64,000 bases of DNA from assembly GCF_006345805.1 (NCBI RefSeq), contig NC_042999.1:100254001-100318000 (forward strand), read 5' to 3'. The DNA is from Octopus sinensis (lineage: Eukaryota). Below the pieces are notes generated by a model that was not told where the DNA came from, did no database searches, and saw only the letters and a list, made by a program, of their open reading frames with translations. Shown one piece after another: positions 25,479-39,510 of this stretch; position 1 is the first letter of the stretch; each line of letters starts with the position of its first letter. The translations under genes and the position numbers were made by a program.

Positions 25479-27199
25479 GAGAAACAAGTTAAAATAATAG
25501 TCCGAACATATAATTCCTTTATTGGAGCAAATTTGGCTTACAGCTGTTTCCAGTAGTCATTATAGGTACATTACTGACAGGTTTGCTCAATTGGTCTATT
25601 GATCAATTCAGTTGAGATAATTTTAACCACCATATATGTATGTATGTATGTATATTTTTCTGTAGTTTCAGCTCAGAGTTGCGGCCATGTTAATGCACCT
25701 ACTCTTCGTTTGCGTTCAACAAATGACGCTTATTGACATGATTGTTTTGTCGTAAAATTATTTAGTTCTGAGTAAAGGTTTTCCAACTATGACTTCGATT
25801 TTTCGTACGACCGATACAGGGAAATTCTTTTACCATTTTATAGCTATTACATACATCCTCGAAAAATGCAATTTTAATAATTTCTTCTATAGCAATAAGC
25901 AAAAAGATTTTGTTTACCTTTATTGACGATTTGCTTCAAGTTTTTTTTTTTGCGCTACTGGTGTTATTGCTGTTTCTTGTCCAGTTGATTTTAGTTGATT
26001 CTCATATAGAACATTCACACTTGAGACGAGTGTTTTGAAGAAAAGGTTTCTTAGGAAGTATGAGAAATGTAACTTATTTATTTGACAAAGCGGATCGTTA
26101 GAAATTAATATTAGAGAAGATACTCATCATATATTCAATGACTAGTTTACAATGCCAAATATGTGTCTGCTGTCATCAAGTGTCTGTTATTTGTGTATGT
26201 ATGCATGTATGCATGAATGTAGGCACGTATCTGTCTATCTATCTATCTATTTATCTATCATTGTGTAATATCTCAGAACAGAACGTTTTAATTAAATAAA
26301 TTTGGAACTGTACTAAACAAAATCATTAATTAGATAACGTTGATGTTCAATATTTGCTAACATGAGCAATTTATTAGGGACTCTTAATCAATTTTTCGTG
26401 TGATAATCAGAGAAGAATTAAAAGATAAATATATATATACATATACACATGCATACATACATATATAAACGCTCCTTCTTCAATACCATAACCCCCAGAT
26501 CATCATCATTGTCGTCGTAGTCGTCGTCGTCACTATGTTCTAGAGATGAAGATGATTATTATTTTCGCTTTTAAAATGAAAATTTAAGACAAAAATTTTA
26601 ATATCTGAAACACTAATATAAATAAAACGTTTCCGTTTTGCGCCTTCATTCTCTACATATGTGTGTATCACACATGCATACACACACACGCACAAACATA
26701 TATGTGCGTGTTCATTAATGTTTGTATATGTATTTATATATATATGGAGAGAGAGAGAAAGAGAGAGAGAGAGAAATATGAGATGGGTTTACAGATTAAT
26801 CCATCTACGTAGCTGAATAGAAAGCAATATACAATGACCTACAATAAGTTTATTGCCAGAGTAATAAAACACACCGTTAAACTTGTTATAACTTAATAAC
26901 TGCATGAAAAATAATCCGAAATGAATGAAAGCTTATTTCAGTATTTTTAGACAGTCCTTTAAATATTACGGCTTTTACTCGATGAATTATGGAGTTTATT
27001 AAATTTTCAATGACACTTTGGTTGATAATTTTTTCAACTCTGTAATTGGAGTAATTTGTGATGTTCTTCTTCGAAATTTGAAAATAAGTTGCTCCTAAGT
27101 GTGTTGTATTGGATTAAGATCAAAACTCTGAGAATCTTCATTTCAGAGATTCGATTCCGTCAGTTCATTTTCAAGTTTGCAATACTTTCATAGCATAGC

Positions 27200-27830
27200 A
27201 TGGGGGCTCAGTATTTTTTAAATAGTGTGGTCTTCTTATCAGTCTCCCTACTTTGGACTAAATGGTTAATAGACCCTTTTCAAGTACTTGAGAGCATTTT
27301 GTACTATTTAACTAATTTTCACCCAAAACCTAGCTCTAATCTACCTGCCCCGTGCCATAACCCGAACTCAAACTGTCCCATCCAAACAATCTGGTTCCGA
27401 TATTTCAGTTTTGTCGCTCCACACTTACATCTACCTCGAACTAGAAAATTGAAAGAATTTGCTTTCGTCAGAGCATATTCTTGATGACTGAAAGTAGTCT
27501 ACTTTGTTGCAGAACTCCTTGATCCAGTTAAACCTTCTAGTCTTACAAGGTTTTAAAATTATTGACTTCTTTTTCGAAAATTTGTGTTCATATCCAAGAT
27601 CTTTTAAAACTGTTCTTACACAATATGCTGCCATGTCCCTAGAATTTGCAACCTCTCAAGCAATTTTCCGTCTATGTTTAATAACTACATTTTTAGCTAT
27701 TTTCTTTGCGCTTACAGAAATATTCTATGGCCGCTCCTATAACATCACTCGGCAAGACCCTTTTTCAATCCATCTCTTCACTATCATATTCTGAGTTTTA
27801 TTATTAATGCCGAAATCTTCAGGTATTTTA
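27200..27830 (-). mobile_element. Tc1-family transposase relic
   Basis: Minus strand gives HTH-like AKKIAKNVVIKHRRK..EVA, then VRTVLKDLGY..K..KKK...RR.NW.KE...ICSDESKF (first catalytic D motif). Stops and frameshifts present. Confidence 0.7.
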
Positions 27831-28691
27831 AGATTGAACTTACCACATTAGTACCAGCCGATGACGTCCCCGGTTTTAAATTCCCAGATACCTTTTTATG
27901 TATTTATTTATTTATTTATTTATTCATTTATTTTGGCCAGTGGTTTTTAGTGTTGCGTTTTATCAAACTAATGTTTCGATCAAACCAAAAAGATCTGTTG
28001 CATTCATATACGTAATTGTAAATAAGAGAAAGTATACTTAATGCTTTAAAAAAAGAATATGAAAAATCAGCATGTGACGGAAAACTTTCCATAAGTCACT
28101 GCAGTAAATCGTTTTTATACATTATTACCATTTCCTCTAAATACATATCCATGAGGTGTTCTATAACAATTCGCAATTTGAATGATAAAAAAAAAAAACC
28201 ATTGCTCAACAAACGGGCGTAAATTCAAGCAATGTTTTACAGCGGTAATGAATGTGGACAAGGATTAATTGAAATGTAATAAAGCTGAGCTTCCCAGAGT
28301 CGGAATCTACATGACACCCTGACAAGAGTTAAATGTGCTATTAAGTTTCTAACAAAATGTACTCAAAAATTTGTTTGCAATGTAATGCGTTTTGGTACGT
28401 GTCTATTCAATTTCGCTTTGTCATAACTATTAATATCAATAGATATGTGTAATTGGTTGGAGAGCTTTCCTTTGGGATTCCTCCCAATACAGATCATTAC
28501 GAATTTAGTGAGTAGTACCGTATTAACGTATGAAGGTGTGTTACTTAATGCTGCTGATTTACATTTTTTTTCTGCAATTTTCTGACTTGAAATACATACA
28601 TGCATGCTTGCATACATACATACATACATTCATACATACATACATACACACATACATAATACAAACATACATACATACATACATACATACA

Positions 28692-28723
<32 letters not shown>

Positions 28724-28774
28724 CAAGTGCAAAGAGTACTTTCATAATTGGAATTCTAAATAAATAATATAGAT

Positions 28775-29167
28775 ATAGGCACAGGCATGGCTGTGTCGTA
28801 AGAAGCTTCCTTCCAACCAAATGGCACCTTGGACAAGTTTCTTCTACTATAGCCTCGGGACGATCAAAGTCTTGTAAGTGGATTTGGTAGACAGAAACAG
28901 AAAGCTTGTCGTATATATGTGTGTGCTGGGATGCGTGTGTGTGTGTGTGTATGTGTGTGTGTGTGTGCATGTGTGTCCCTCCACCGTCGCTTGACAACCG
29001 ATACAGGTGTGTTTACGTCCCCGAAACAGCGGTTCGGCAAACGTTACCGAGAGAATAAGTACAAGGTTTACAAAGAATAAGTCCTGGTGTCGTTTTCTTC
29101 GACTAAAGGTGATGCTCCAGCATGGCCACAATCAAATGACTGAAATAAGTAAACGAATAAAAGAATA
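28775..29167 (+). mobile_element. SINE family A
   Basis: ATAGGCACAGGCATGGCTGTGTCGTAAG head, GGCACCTTGGACAAGT, internal (TG)n, GCTCCAGCATGGCC...AAATGACTGAAA 3' part. Confidence 0.85.
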
Positions 29168-29169
29168 CA

Positions 29170-29321
29170 TGGACAGAGACGTGCATACGTACATGTGTGT
29201 GTGTGTGTGTGTGTATGTGCGTATGTATATATTTATATACGCACAAACACACGCGCACACGCACACACACACACACATAAAAATATGTATATATCTACAT
29301 ATTTATACATATATATATATG

Positions 29322-29354
<33 letters not shown>

Positions 29355-29998
29355 CTCGTATATATATATATAGATAACATGTATATATGTATATATTTAT
29401 GCACATATAGATACACATATACATACGCACATACATGTACATATGATGATAACAGTCTTACACACCTATAAATGTATATGAACACACACACACATACGCG
29501 CGCGCGTGTGTGTGTATGTGTGTAATGTATGTAAGTGGGCGTCATTTTACTGCGTATGAGATACATAATATTTTTGATACTTTTCAGTTTCCTGTAATGA
29601 TATGGTTATGTGATAAACGCTATGATACAAACTGAACACATTATTGATTGATAATATGTGAAGCGCCTATTTTTACTTGTCAGTTCCCAAATGAGATAGT
29701 CTCATCAACGAGTTATCTCCAGTTGCTCTGTCAAATGTGTGACAATGGTAGTTGTTACGGTCGTCGCCATATTCACTGTTGTTGTTCTTATGTTTGTTTT
29801 TTTAACTATATTACTTTGAATTAATATAAGGGTAGGCGATGTATGCGTAAGCATGTATATACATGTGTGCGTGCGTGTATATATATATATATGTGTGTGT
29901 GTATATGTATATATATATGTATATATAGGTATATATATGTATGTATGTGTATGTATACGTATGTGTATGTATATGTATGTATATGTATATATATATGT

Positions 29999-30034
<36 letters not shown>

Positions 30035-30112
30035 GTATATATATGTATATATATATGTATGTATATATATATATGTATGTATATATATGTATATGTATAT
30101 ATATATATATGC

Positions 30113-30198
<86 letters not shown>

Positions 30199-30292
30199 AT
30201 ATGTATGTATATATATATGTATATGTATATATATGTATATATATATATATAATATATATATATATATGCATATATATGTATATATATGTATA

Positions 30293-30378
<86 letters not shown>

Positions 30379-30445
30379 CTGGTGTCTTTCCCCTTGTGTG
30401 TACATGTGTGTATGAGTATGTGTAACTTTGTGTGTGTGGATGCAA
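29170..30445. repeat. Long compound (TG)n/(TA)n/(TATG)n microsatellite field
   Basis: Read directly; source of the longest spurious ORFs. Confidence 0.9.
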
Positions 30446-32149
30446 ATGTCATTTATGAAGTGTTTGACTTCGTCATGGGTCCATGTAGTAATCTGTGTGT
30501 GTGTGTTCCTTTTTGCTGTTGTTGATAACGTGTGATTTCATTACGAAACAACCAGAGAAAGTACAGTATTTACAGACTGATATTTATATTTTTTGTTTAT
30601 TTTTATCTACTGTTCGATTTCTTTTTTTACTCTCTCTCTCTCTTTCTCCCTTTATCTCTGTCCCTTTCTTTCTCTTTCTCCTGCTCTGATTCTCTCTCTC
30701 CCTCTCCATCCCTCTCTCTTTCTCTTTCTCTCTCTCTCTCTCTCTCAAGTAATACCGTACCATTAAGTAAACATATATATTTAAGATTAGCTTGTAGTTT
30801 CTGAAATTACTGAGTACATTCGAATGAAACATGATTTGGCCTACACTGAGTTAAGATAATACTCAAAATGTTTCTTGCACTTTGGAAAGTATAATCATAT
30901 GGAAGGTGAGAATGTTACGGTGGATGATGGTATATTGAACACATTTCAATGACGTGTCTAATTTAGTAGAAGATCCTAAAATAATGCGGTTTAGCTTTAC
31001 TTTGTTTAAAAATATTTTTCTTTCGTTTATGCTAAATAATTCTGGACACCTTTTTTTTTATTTTTGACAAGTAACATTCTTATTATATGTGAACACACAC
31101 AAAAACACAGTTTCAAAAAATGAGGTCGGGTTTATACTATATCATTTGATAAACTATATTCCGAGAGAATGATGAACAAACTCTTCTCTAGTGTAACTTA
31201 GATGCAAAGACATACATGGATTAAACTGAAATATTGATCAAATCACAAAACCTTTTAAATTAAACTGAGTCGACAGAAACTGCGCGGATGGAACCCACTT
31301 ATTCGCACAGGACCATCTGATGACTGTACAATTCGACTAAACCATGAGATTCACCAATTCTTGAGTGGTAGCCATAACTTTTTTGTTTAGTGTAACACTC
31401 CTACCTGGCCCTCGATTCACCTTTAACGATATCTACACTCTTGCAAGCATTTGGACCAGACTTCGCATGTCTTCGTACCTTACTGTCACCAGTCTCAAAG
31501 ATCTTGCAAAATACAATGGATGCCACTTTGCTTCTGCTTATTAAGCCATTAAAATAGAAATTATAACAAATATTTATTGATAAAATTACTTAATGTCTGT
31601 TTTAGAATATTTAATAGCATTGTAGATTAATCGAAATGATTGATACCTCGTGCTTGCATTACTTTTTTTTCTAAGGCAGAAAAAGTACCCTTTTTTAAAA
31701 TTAAAAATCTATCAAAATGCACGTTAAAAAATTTTTTAAAATTGTAATCCACTGATCTAGACTTCCATTATATGACAGAGATATTCGATCTTCATTTTTT
31801 GCTATTGATAAAATAAACACCAGTAATATATTTGAGTCGATTTAATCAATCGTTCATTCTTCTAAATTTATGACCTAACGCCGGTATCAGATATTATTGT
31901 TGTTGTTTTTTGTTTGTTTTTTTTTCAGAAATACATAGATTGTTTCTTTGTTCGAAAAAATTTGCCCATTGGAAAACGGGTGTATAAATGCAAAAGAATA
32001 GCAAACGCTATGTTATAATTCACTAAGAATATTTACAAATTGCAGCTATTTTCTGAAACAGGCCAATGTCTATCCTAACGATATTGTTTTCAAGTGAACA
32101 GATTTAATACAGACAACAGACAATAAACAACGGCTGTTTTGGCAGATAA

Positions 32150-32860
32150 CATTTATGTTGAAGCGATGTTTCGTTTACTTCTGCATTACAGTATAATTAT
32201 TTTGTATTGCTATGTCGATAATTTTTGTCATGGAAAAGGATATCAGAATATCTGTTGCTATTTGGCAGTCTCTATGTACACTACATGTCATTCTCAAAAA
32301 CAGGTCGAGATTCATATGCGTACCACAGAGCTTTATTCCTCAAGAAGTTGAAATTGGGTAGCTAAGCTTATGTAAAGTAGTCTTGCTGCGTTAATTTTTT
32401 GCCAGGTATGTTTCGTCGAGTATAGTGTATGACATACTGAATCACTGTCCTATTTTGTTTCAGAATACATACCAAAAAAAGTAACATTTGCCTTCTTCAT
32501 TTTTGAAATGTTGGTTTTTCTGGCAATACATATAGTAGTACTAGCCTGTTCTTGTAACGCGAATCTAATCAGCTTTTCTGTCTCTCGTTTAAAAATTCCC
32601 GTCCATCAACCAGAGCCAGCGGTCTTTACTTCCGACATTCTCGATTTATTGCATGAATTCGTCATGTAGTTCCATTTCTTTCCATCTGTTTTATCTGTTG
32701 TCTTTACTTTTCCCTTTGAATTTTCCTACTGTTTCGGTTACTTTTTGAGCATGTCTGGTTGCCGATAGTATTCTTTCTTTACTATCGCCACATAAGGAAT
32801 ACATTTCATGGACAGAGAAGCCCAGTTAATTCCCTTCTTAATCCCAGTTTATCCCCTTTA
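32150..32860 (-). pseudogene. Old R4/Dong-type LINE fragment (region upstream of the zinc knuckle)
   Basis: Minus strand NRWKEMELHDEFMQ*IENVGSKDRWLWLMDGNF/KRETE..I...QEQA matches the W..K.LHG.F...W.WL..G.LK.ETE..I.A.QEQA pattern of R4-clade ORFs. Heavily degraded. Confidence 0.6.
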
Positions 32861-33869
32861 TCCAACAGTCGAATTGATTGAGAGCAACGTTAGCAAGAAG
32901 AACAAACATATAAAACTTGGTCTTGCATTGTTTACTTACGCCTGTCAATGCAGATATTTGTGTAGCAAATTATATCATCCTGGGGTACTTTCTTAACACT
33001 TGTAATTCTGGTATTAGTGGATACATTTCTGACACCGAAATAGATCTATCCAGTAATTATAATATACTTCCTAAGGGTGGCGAGGGTAGCGAAAAAGGAG
33101 GTAAGATCATTTTAGTTCCAAAAATTAAAGTTGGCTATTTAGCTAGCATTAATTATTTTGAAATAATTTCAGTTAAATTTTCAATGGGTATAAATCTCAG
33201 CATATTATTGTGGTTTACACATCTGGTAACTAGTATAGCAACTTTGTGTTACAGTTTCAAAATAATTTCGGTTCATTAGGATAGAAAACTTTCCAGATAT
33301 AACACTGGAAGGTTCACTTTTCCCGGTATTGAGAAACTGATCCAGATAATCGTAATGGATGCGATTCTGATTTCTTTAACTTTTCTGTTGTAAGAGGATT
33401 AAGCCAAGTAATACTGGAGTAAATACAAGAGGAGAATATTTTAAACATAATCCTAAAGTCTCCAGGCATAAGTTTATCGATAAGTCCGAAGTATTACCAC
33501 CTTTATATTCAAGTAACTATTGATCAATAGAGTGTGAAATTAAAAGAAATATGAAGATAAGCGAAGAAAGGTTGAGCCATTTCAGAAACAGCATTTATGA
33601 TTAAGAAATAGATATTGTAGTAAATTTATTTGGAGAGAAACTTCCCCATAGTTTAAGAATGCAGCTTATGTGTATAATTGCTTTGTAGAGGAAAATTAAA
33701 TTGACTGAAAATTATGTAGCATAGAGTACATAAAGCCATAAATTGCCATTGAAGGTATTACTGAAAGATCAATATAATTATCAAAATATATTTAAGAATT
33801 TCAGCAGAAAATGTATAGAATATTATAATGATATAGAAAATTCGACCAGATAAGGATTTGGAGCATTGA

Positions 33870-34256
33870 TTCTTTTATTTTTTTATTTGTTTCAGTCATT
33901 TGACTGCTGCTATGCTGGAGCACCGTCTTTAGTCGAACAAATCAACCCCAGGACTTATTCTTTGCAAGCCTAGTACTTATTCTATTGGTGTCACTTTTAC
34001 CGAACCGCTATGTTACAGGGACATAAACACACCGACGTCGGTTATCAAGTGATGGGGGGGGTTACAGACACACAGACATATATATATATATATATATACG
34101 ACGGGCTTCTTGCAGTTTCCGTCTACCAAATCCACTCACAAGGCTTTGGTCGGCCCGAGGCTATAGTAGAAGACACTTGCCCAAGGTGCCACGTAGTGGA
34201 ACTGAACCCGAAGCCATGTGGTTGGTAAGCAAGCTGCTTACCACACATTCACTCCT
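33870..34256 (-). mobile_element. SINE family A
   Basis: Same sequence as 2527-2987 with a shorter internal (TA)n. Confidence 0.85.
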
Positions 34257-36375
34257 GGAGTCAAAAATAACTTATAGGACAAAACTTTCAACATTAAAAA
34301 CATGAGATGCAATTGCGATAGAGGACAGAAAGTGAACTCAAGTTTTCAATATTTTTCGCTGTGTACGATAATAGTGGAATTCTAGCGATAAGTCGCCAAG
34401 AACAACTTACCAGAATATCATTTTCTTCTGGAATATATTTTTCTTTTTTGCTTTATTTTCACCTCAACCTAATAAGTGTTCCTTTGGACTTGAAAATATT
34501 TCAATGCATTTTAAAAGAAGAATGGTTGCTCATGATTTGTTATAGGCTTTATCATTTATATTTAACTTTTTTATTCTGGAGAATTACCTTCTCCCTAGAG
34601 TCGAAAAGCAGTAATTCCAATACATAAAATATTGCTCAGATCAAAAATTAAAACCATTTGATCTGATATATTAATTTGTTTTATATACAAAGTTATAAAA
34701 ATTGAAGAGCTTCACTGTCTCTCGACTTTCCAGGAATAGATTTATCTCCTTTAAATCATAACCTACTGCCTTAAAGAAGGAAGGAAACTTGTGGATAGTA
34801 TTGATTGAGATGCACACTACCTTACAAAAGCAAAAACAGAATGGTCACACTTGACACCGAAAACTTCATGATTGTTCTATTTTTATTCAGAGATAATCTA
34901 AGTTATAGCTTCATTACAAAAAGTCCCTTACCTTTTCTAAGACAGAATGATTGGGTTTTGATGGAGATAAAGCTGATATATTTTGCATGTCGAGCGACTA
35001 CATAAAGGGACTTTCATGGACTCCTGTTCTTATTTTAGTTGACTCTATGATGTTTATGAGAGTTGGTCTCTGATATTAAATCAATGAAAAACAGGTTACG
35101 CGTTGTCTTTTGTTGGTTAGTTTTCTTCTTTTTTATTTCTTCTTATTTTTTTGTTTGATGTATTGATCTTGTTGCTATATATTTTGGGCGGGTGGATATG
35201 TGCTGTATAAATATCATAAGATGATAAGTTCGAATTTCTGGATTAGGAAAATAATAGAAAAAAATTGTAATTAATGTGAAGCGTTTCTTTTGTTTTCTTT
35301 GAGCTACAGCCTACAATAGCTTATATTATTCCCAAATAGTATCCAAGCAGTCGCAAATGAACCATTTCTCCTCTCCTTCCCTCATTTTGTCTTGTTCTAC
35401 ATGAAGTTTTATGATCGCATCACTAACTTCTACTGTGGCGCCTTGGCACAAGATAATGGGATAGTGCAGACAATTTTATGAAGGGATTTTATTATGAGCT
35501 ATTTATTCACATGAGTTTGCTATTTTTCTCTTCTTGACGAGTAGATTAAATACTTTTCATGTTTTTTGTTTTCCTTTTTTCATTTTGTTTATATTTGATT
35601 TCTTAGAATTGTGCCTTGAGCCATTTCTTGTTATATATTCACAGTCCCCATTATAGTTTTCGTTTTAATTATAATATATTACAATACACACACACACACA
35701 CACACAATATATATATATATATATGTATGTATGAATATATATGTATGTGTTTGTTTGTATGCATTTATGTATGCATGTATGTACGTGCGTACGTATGTAT
35801 GTATGTATGTATGTATGTATGTATGTATGTATGTATGTATGTATGTATGTATGTATGTAGTATGTATGTATGTATGTATGTGCTTACGCTGTGCGCTAGA
35901 CAGAGCATGAGATATCGTCAGTGTCCAGAGCACTGTGTGTTCCGTTATTGTCCAAAAGTTCGGCCGCGAAGATTGTATAATTTTTCGAAATACATTGCAG
36001 TGATAGCCTGAGTACAATGTATACATAGAAAAAGATGAGTGGCGCTAAATTCATACATTTAATCAATACATCCTGACACGTATTTCAATAATGAATAGAG
36101 TCGCCATAGATTATATCACCAAATCATCAGAATCAGTATGATAAATGAAATATAATAATTCTTAAGTCAAATAGAAATCCAATAGAAACATCGTTTCCTC
36201 AAAATTTAATTTTTGCTTAATTAAAGACAAAAACTTTATTTCAATAGGGGGAAGTGTTTTTCTACCATGCTAGAAATGGTGGTATGTTAAGGCGACATGC
36301 AACGATATCAGATGAGAAGGTTAACATCAAGGATATAGTAGTCGGCTCGAAAGTTAGTTTCTGTGTGTGTATGAA

Positions 36376-36409
<34 letters not shown>

Positions 36410-37617
36410 TGTATGTATGTATGTATGTATGTATGTATGTATGTATGTATGTATGTATGTATGTATGTTTGTATGTATGTATGTATGTATGTATATGTGT
36501 GTGCGTGCGTGCGTGCATGCATGAATGAATGACTGAATGAATGAATGAATGAATGAATGAATGTGACACACTCTTATAGACATTTTGACATAAATGCGGA
36601 TGGGTAACATCTCGTCTGTAAGCAGACCAAGGTCAGATCACGTCCTAACCGCTAAAAGACGTTATGGTCGACATGCTTGAGTTCGTCAAACACGATCAGG
36701 CTCGTCTAGTCGAATGATTAATCGTCTTGAAAAAAATTGTTGTTCATAGTTTTGTTATACACAAGTATGTTGAATAAAACATGGTAAGCAATATTTTTTT
36801 ATATTTTGTTTTTAATCTTTTTAATTTTGAGACATGAGAAGTGTGATAGTAATATTTTTTCATCGCCGTGTACCACAGAACATAAACATAATTAAGAGCA
36901 ACGAATCAACCAGATAGCTCTTATATGTATTTAAGTGCATCAGCTCATATTCCCCCAGGAACACACTGTAAGTGTTTTTCACTGGCCTTAGTCATTGTAT
37001 CTCGCAGATACATAAAATAATCACTTCGCTCCTTTTTATTCATTCCTGGGCGATTCATATAATAGCCATTCGTGATGTCTACAACTGTTATATGCTATGT
37101 GGTTAAATTACTAACATGCCTTAGTCAAATGAGTAGGTTTCTTTAGTTATCGTAGAAGCAAATAGTTATCACAAAAGTTAGATGTCCTATGAAGGAATTC
37201 GAGTATAGTATTCTATAGTTTAAGGGAGTACACCTGGTATACATTTCTTATTTACTAAATTCACATTGGCGTAATGTAACAACTACGATTATCCGTATGG
37301 TCATTTTGTACTAGCAGTCAATAGCTAACTCGCTAAGGGAAAGTAAAGTTTTACTGCCTAAGTTCATGTGCTTCAAGCTACTCAGTAGCCATTGAAATGT
37401 ATTTAAGCTATCTAACTCAATATATTCCACCAGCAGAGCAGTTTGAAGGTATTTTCACTAACTTTCTAGAATAGTTATTTCTCGGCAATATTTGAAGTGA
37501 CTGCTTCACTCTTTGCGAATTTATATATCTAGTGACTCGTAATGTCGTCATCAGGGCAAAATTTGGTGGCTACGTTAGTCAATTACTTAAGTTCAATAAA
37601 GGTTTCATTCATTGATA

Positions 37618-38000
37618 TCACAGTTTAAAATGCCTTTCATAACAAGTCCAAGTTTCACTGAAATACAACAGGCATGGTAAGATAAATGGTTTGTAAAGAG
37701 CCGGCTTTGTATTTTTATTTATATGTCGCTGGCACCAAACGCGTGACTCCAAGCCACCAAATGCTTTTGCTGCCCTTTGAATTCGCAGCTCTATTTCTGT
37801 ATCAAGATTTCCATCATTTTGAACAGAGCTTCCAAGATAGACGAACGAATCGACAATCTCAAGTAACTTTCCTTTAACAAAAATTTTAGAGAGGTTACTA
37901 ACAGCACCACACGCAGGTTGATGCATTACAACTGCTTTTTTCAAGTTGATGGTCAAGCCAAAATCATCCTAAGCTGAGTCAAATACAAATACAAGAGATT
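37618..38000 (-). mobile_element. RTE-clade LINE fragment (RT C-terminal region)
   Basis: FGLTINLKKAVVMHQP...LEIVDSFVYLGS...DTEIELRIQRAAKAFGGL..RVW....I...TK..LYK..ILPCLLY.SETWT is typical of RTE/BovB-type ORFs. Confidence 0.85.
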
Positions 38001-38063
38001 GCAGACCTGACAAGATCGCAACCGTCAGCATACAAAAGTTCCCTAATGAGTGAAGGTAAAATT

Positions 38064-38159
38064 TAATCGTTACTAAATGTGACTGAGGATACCGAATCAC
38101 TTACATTATTTCTAGCGATGTAGGTGATTCCGCGCCTCAGTCACATTTCATGACGATTA
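38064..38159. other. 96-nt imperfect hairpin
   Basis: TAATCGT..AAATGTGACTGAGG..GAATCACTTACAT, 11-nt loop, ATGTAGGTGATTC..CCTCAGTCACATTT..ACGATTA. Confidence 0.85.
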
Positions 38160-38736
38160 TCTTAATATATAAAATCCGTTCTATCTGTCTGTTTGTGCGC
38201 TTATATAACTCGAGTATTGTTCATCCGATCGCACTGAAATTTTAAACATAGATACATCTAAAAAGATTTTCAAAATTGTTAGTTTCAAAGTGACAATCGC
38301 TATTTTTGTAATCTTTATGTCCTGTTTGTTCCGCCATTAAAACAACCATCTCATTGGTTCCCAGTTACCCACAAATGAACAACCACAGTTCCTCTAAATT
38401 TACTTTATGAGTGATGTAGGACAACATACCCGAAGGACGTCTCAACATTTGAGATGATGGGTCGTGTTAGACACAGCGCCGACTGCTGCAAAAGAGAATA
38501 TATCCACTGACAGCTTCTCGGGGCGTTCAAAAATCACATAACCCCCACAGGTTAGGGCCTGAAATACTCCAAACGGACGCATAGCAAGTTGCTTAGTCGA
38601 TTTAACCCATCATTTATTCCACAAATGTTTTGTTGTCAATGCTGCATTTTCCCATATCACTTCTTTCAACATAACTGTAATATATTATTTACAACTATGC
38701 CATTTTAATCCCGAGCAACGCCGGTGTCTCTGCTAA
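38160..38736 (+). mobile_element. Non-autonomous Helitron
   Basis: Inserted between A and T; 5' TCTTAATATATAAAA...CTGTCTGT; 3' subterminal hairpin CCCGAGCAACGCCGG followed by CTAA (fits CTRR). Confidence 0.75.
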
Positions 38737-38737
38737 T

Positions 38738-38814
<77 letters not shown>

Positions 38815-38815
38815 A

Positions 38816-38929
38816 TATATATAGAGGGCATTATACATACATGCCAGAAGCCATTATACATACAAGCCACACGTGTGGCTTGTATGTATAATGCCTTCTG
38901 GCATGTATGTATAATGCCCTCTATATATA
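38816..38929. repeat. 114-bp spacer-less palindrome
   Basis: Centre CCACAC|GTGTGG at 38872/38873; 57-bp arms with one mismatch. Confidence 0.95.
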
Positions 38930-39046
38930 AATTAATATGTTCAATAAGAAATATTTTTTCGAAATTTTTTCTCTTATGAGGTTTCCACGCTATCTACCTG
39001 ACAATTTCTTGTTAAGTTTTCCTTATTAAGTAGTTGTCCTTAATTG

Positions 39047-39103
<57 letters not shown>

Positions 39104-39179
39104 CATATCAAAAGGGAAATGGAATTTAATTAAATTCAAAATATTCAATCAAAATTTACATTTCCAGTGGTCTATATAC

Positions 39180-39214
<35 letters not shown>

Positions 39215-39330
39215 ATATATTATAATATTATATATTATATATATAATAAAATTAAATATTAGGGAATAAATCCAAATTTACAGGGAAAAAAAATCAGATT
39301 TAGGATTAAATCGATTTTATAGTAAAATAT

Positions 39331-39494
39331 TATAAAATATTATTCGAGACAAAACCACTATTTTGCAAAACAAACAAGGAAAGACTTAATTAATTTTTGA
39401 CTATTTATTAAAATTTATTAAAATTTTATGTATTAATTAAGTCTTTCCTTGTTTGTTTTGCAAAATAGTGGTTTTGTCTCGAATAATATTTTAT
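39331..39494. repeat. Inverted repeat, ~63-bp arms, ~37-bp AT-rich spacer
   Basis: TATAAAATATTATTCGAGACAAAACCACTATTTTGCAAAACAAACAAGGAAAGACTTAATTAAT and its reverse complement. Part of one arm recurs at about 14598-14633. Confidence 0.95.
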
Positions 39495-39510
39495 ATATAT
39501 ATATATATAT

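Noticed and set aside
30798-30905. Exon-like segment with AG acceptor and GAAG|GTGAGA donor
   Set aside because: Stops occur in all three frames and the polypyrimidine tract is weak. A non-coding exon cannot be supported without RNA data.
38825-38920. Repeated CATTATACATAC motifs suggesting a CRISPR array or loxP site
   Set aside because: There are no unique spacers, the copies are inverted rather than arrayed, and the 13-bp loxP arms are absent.
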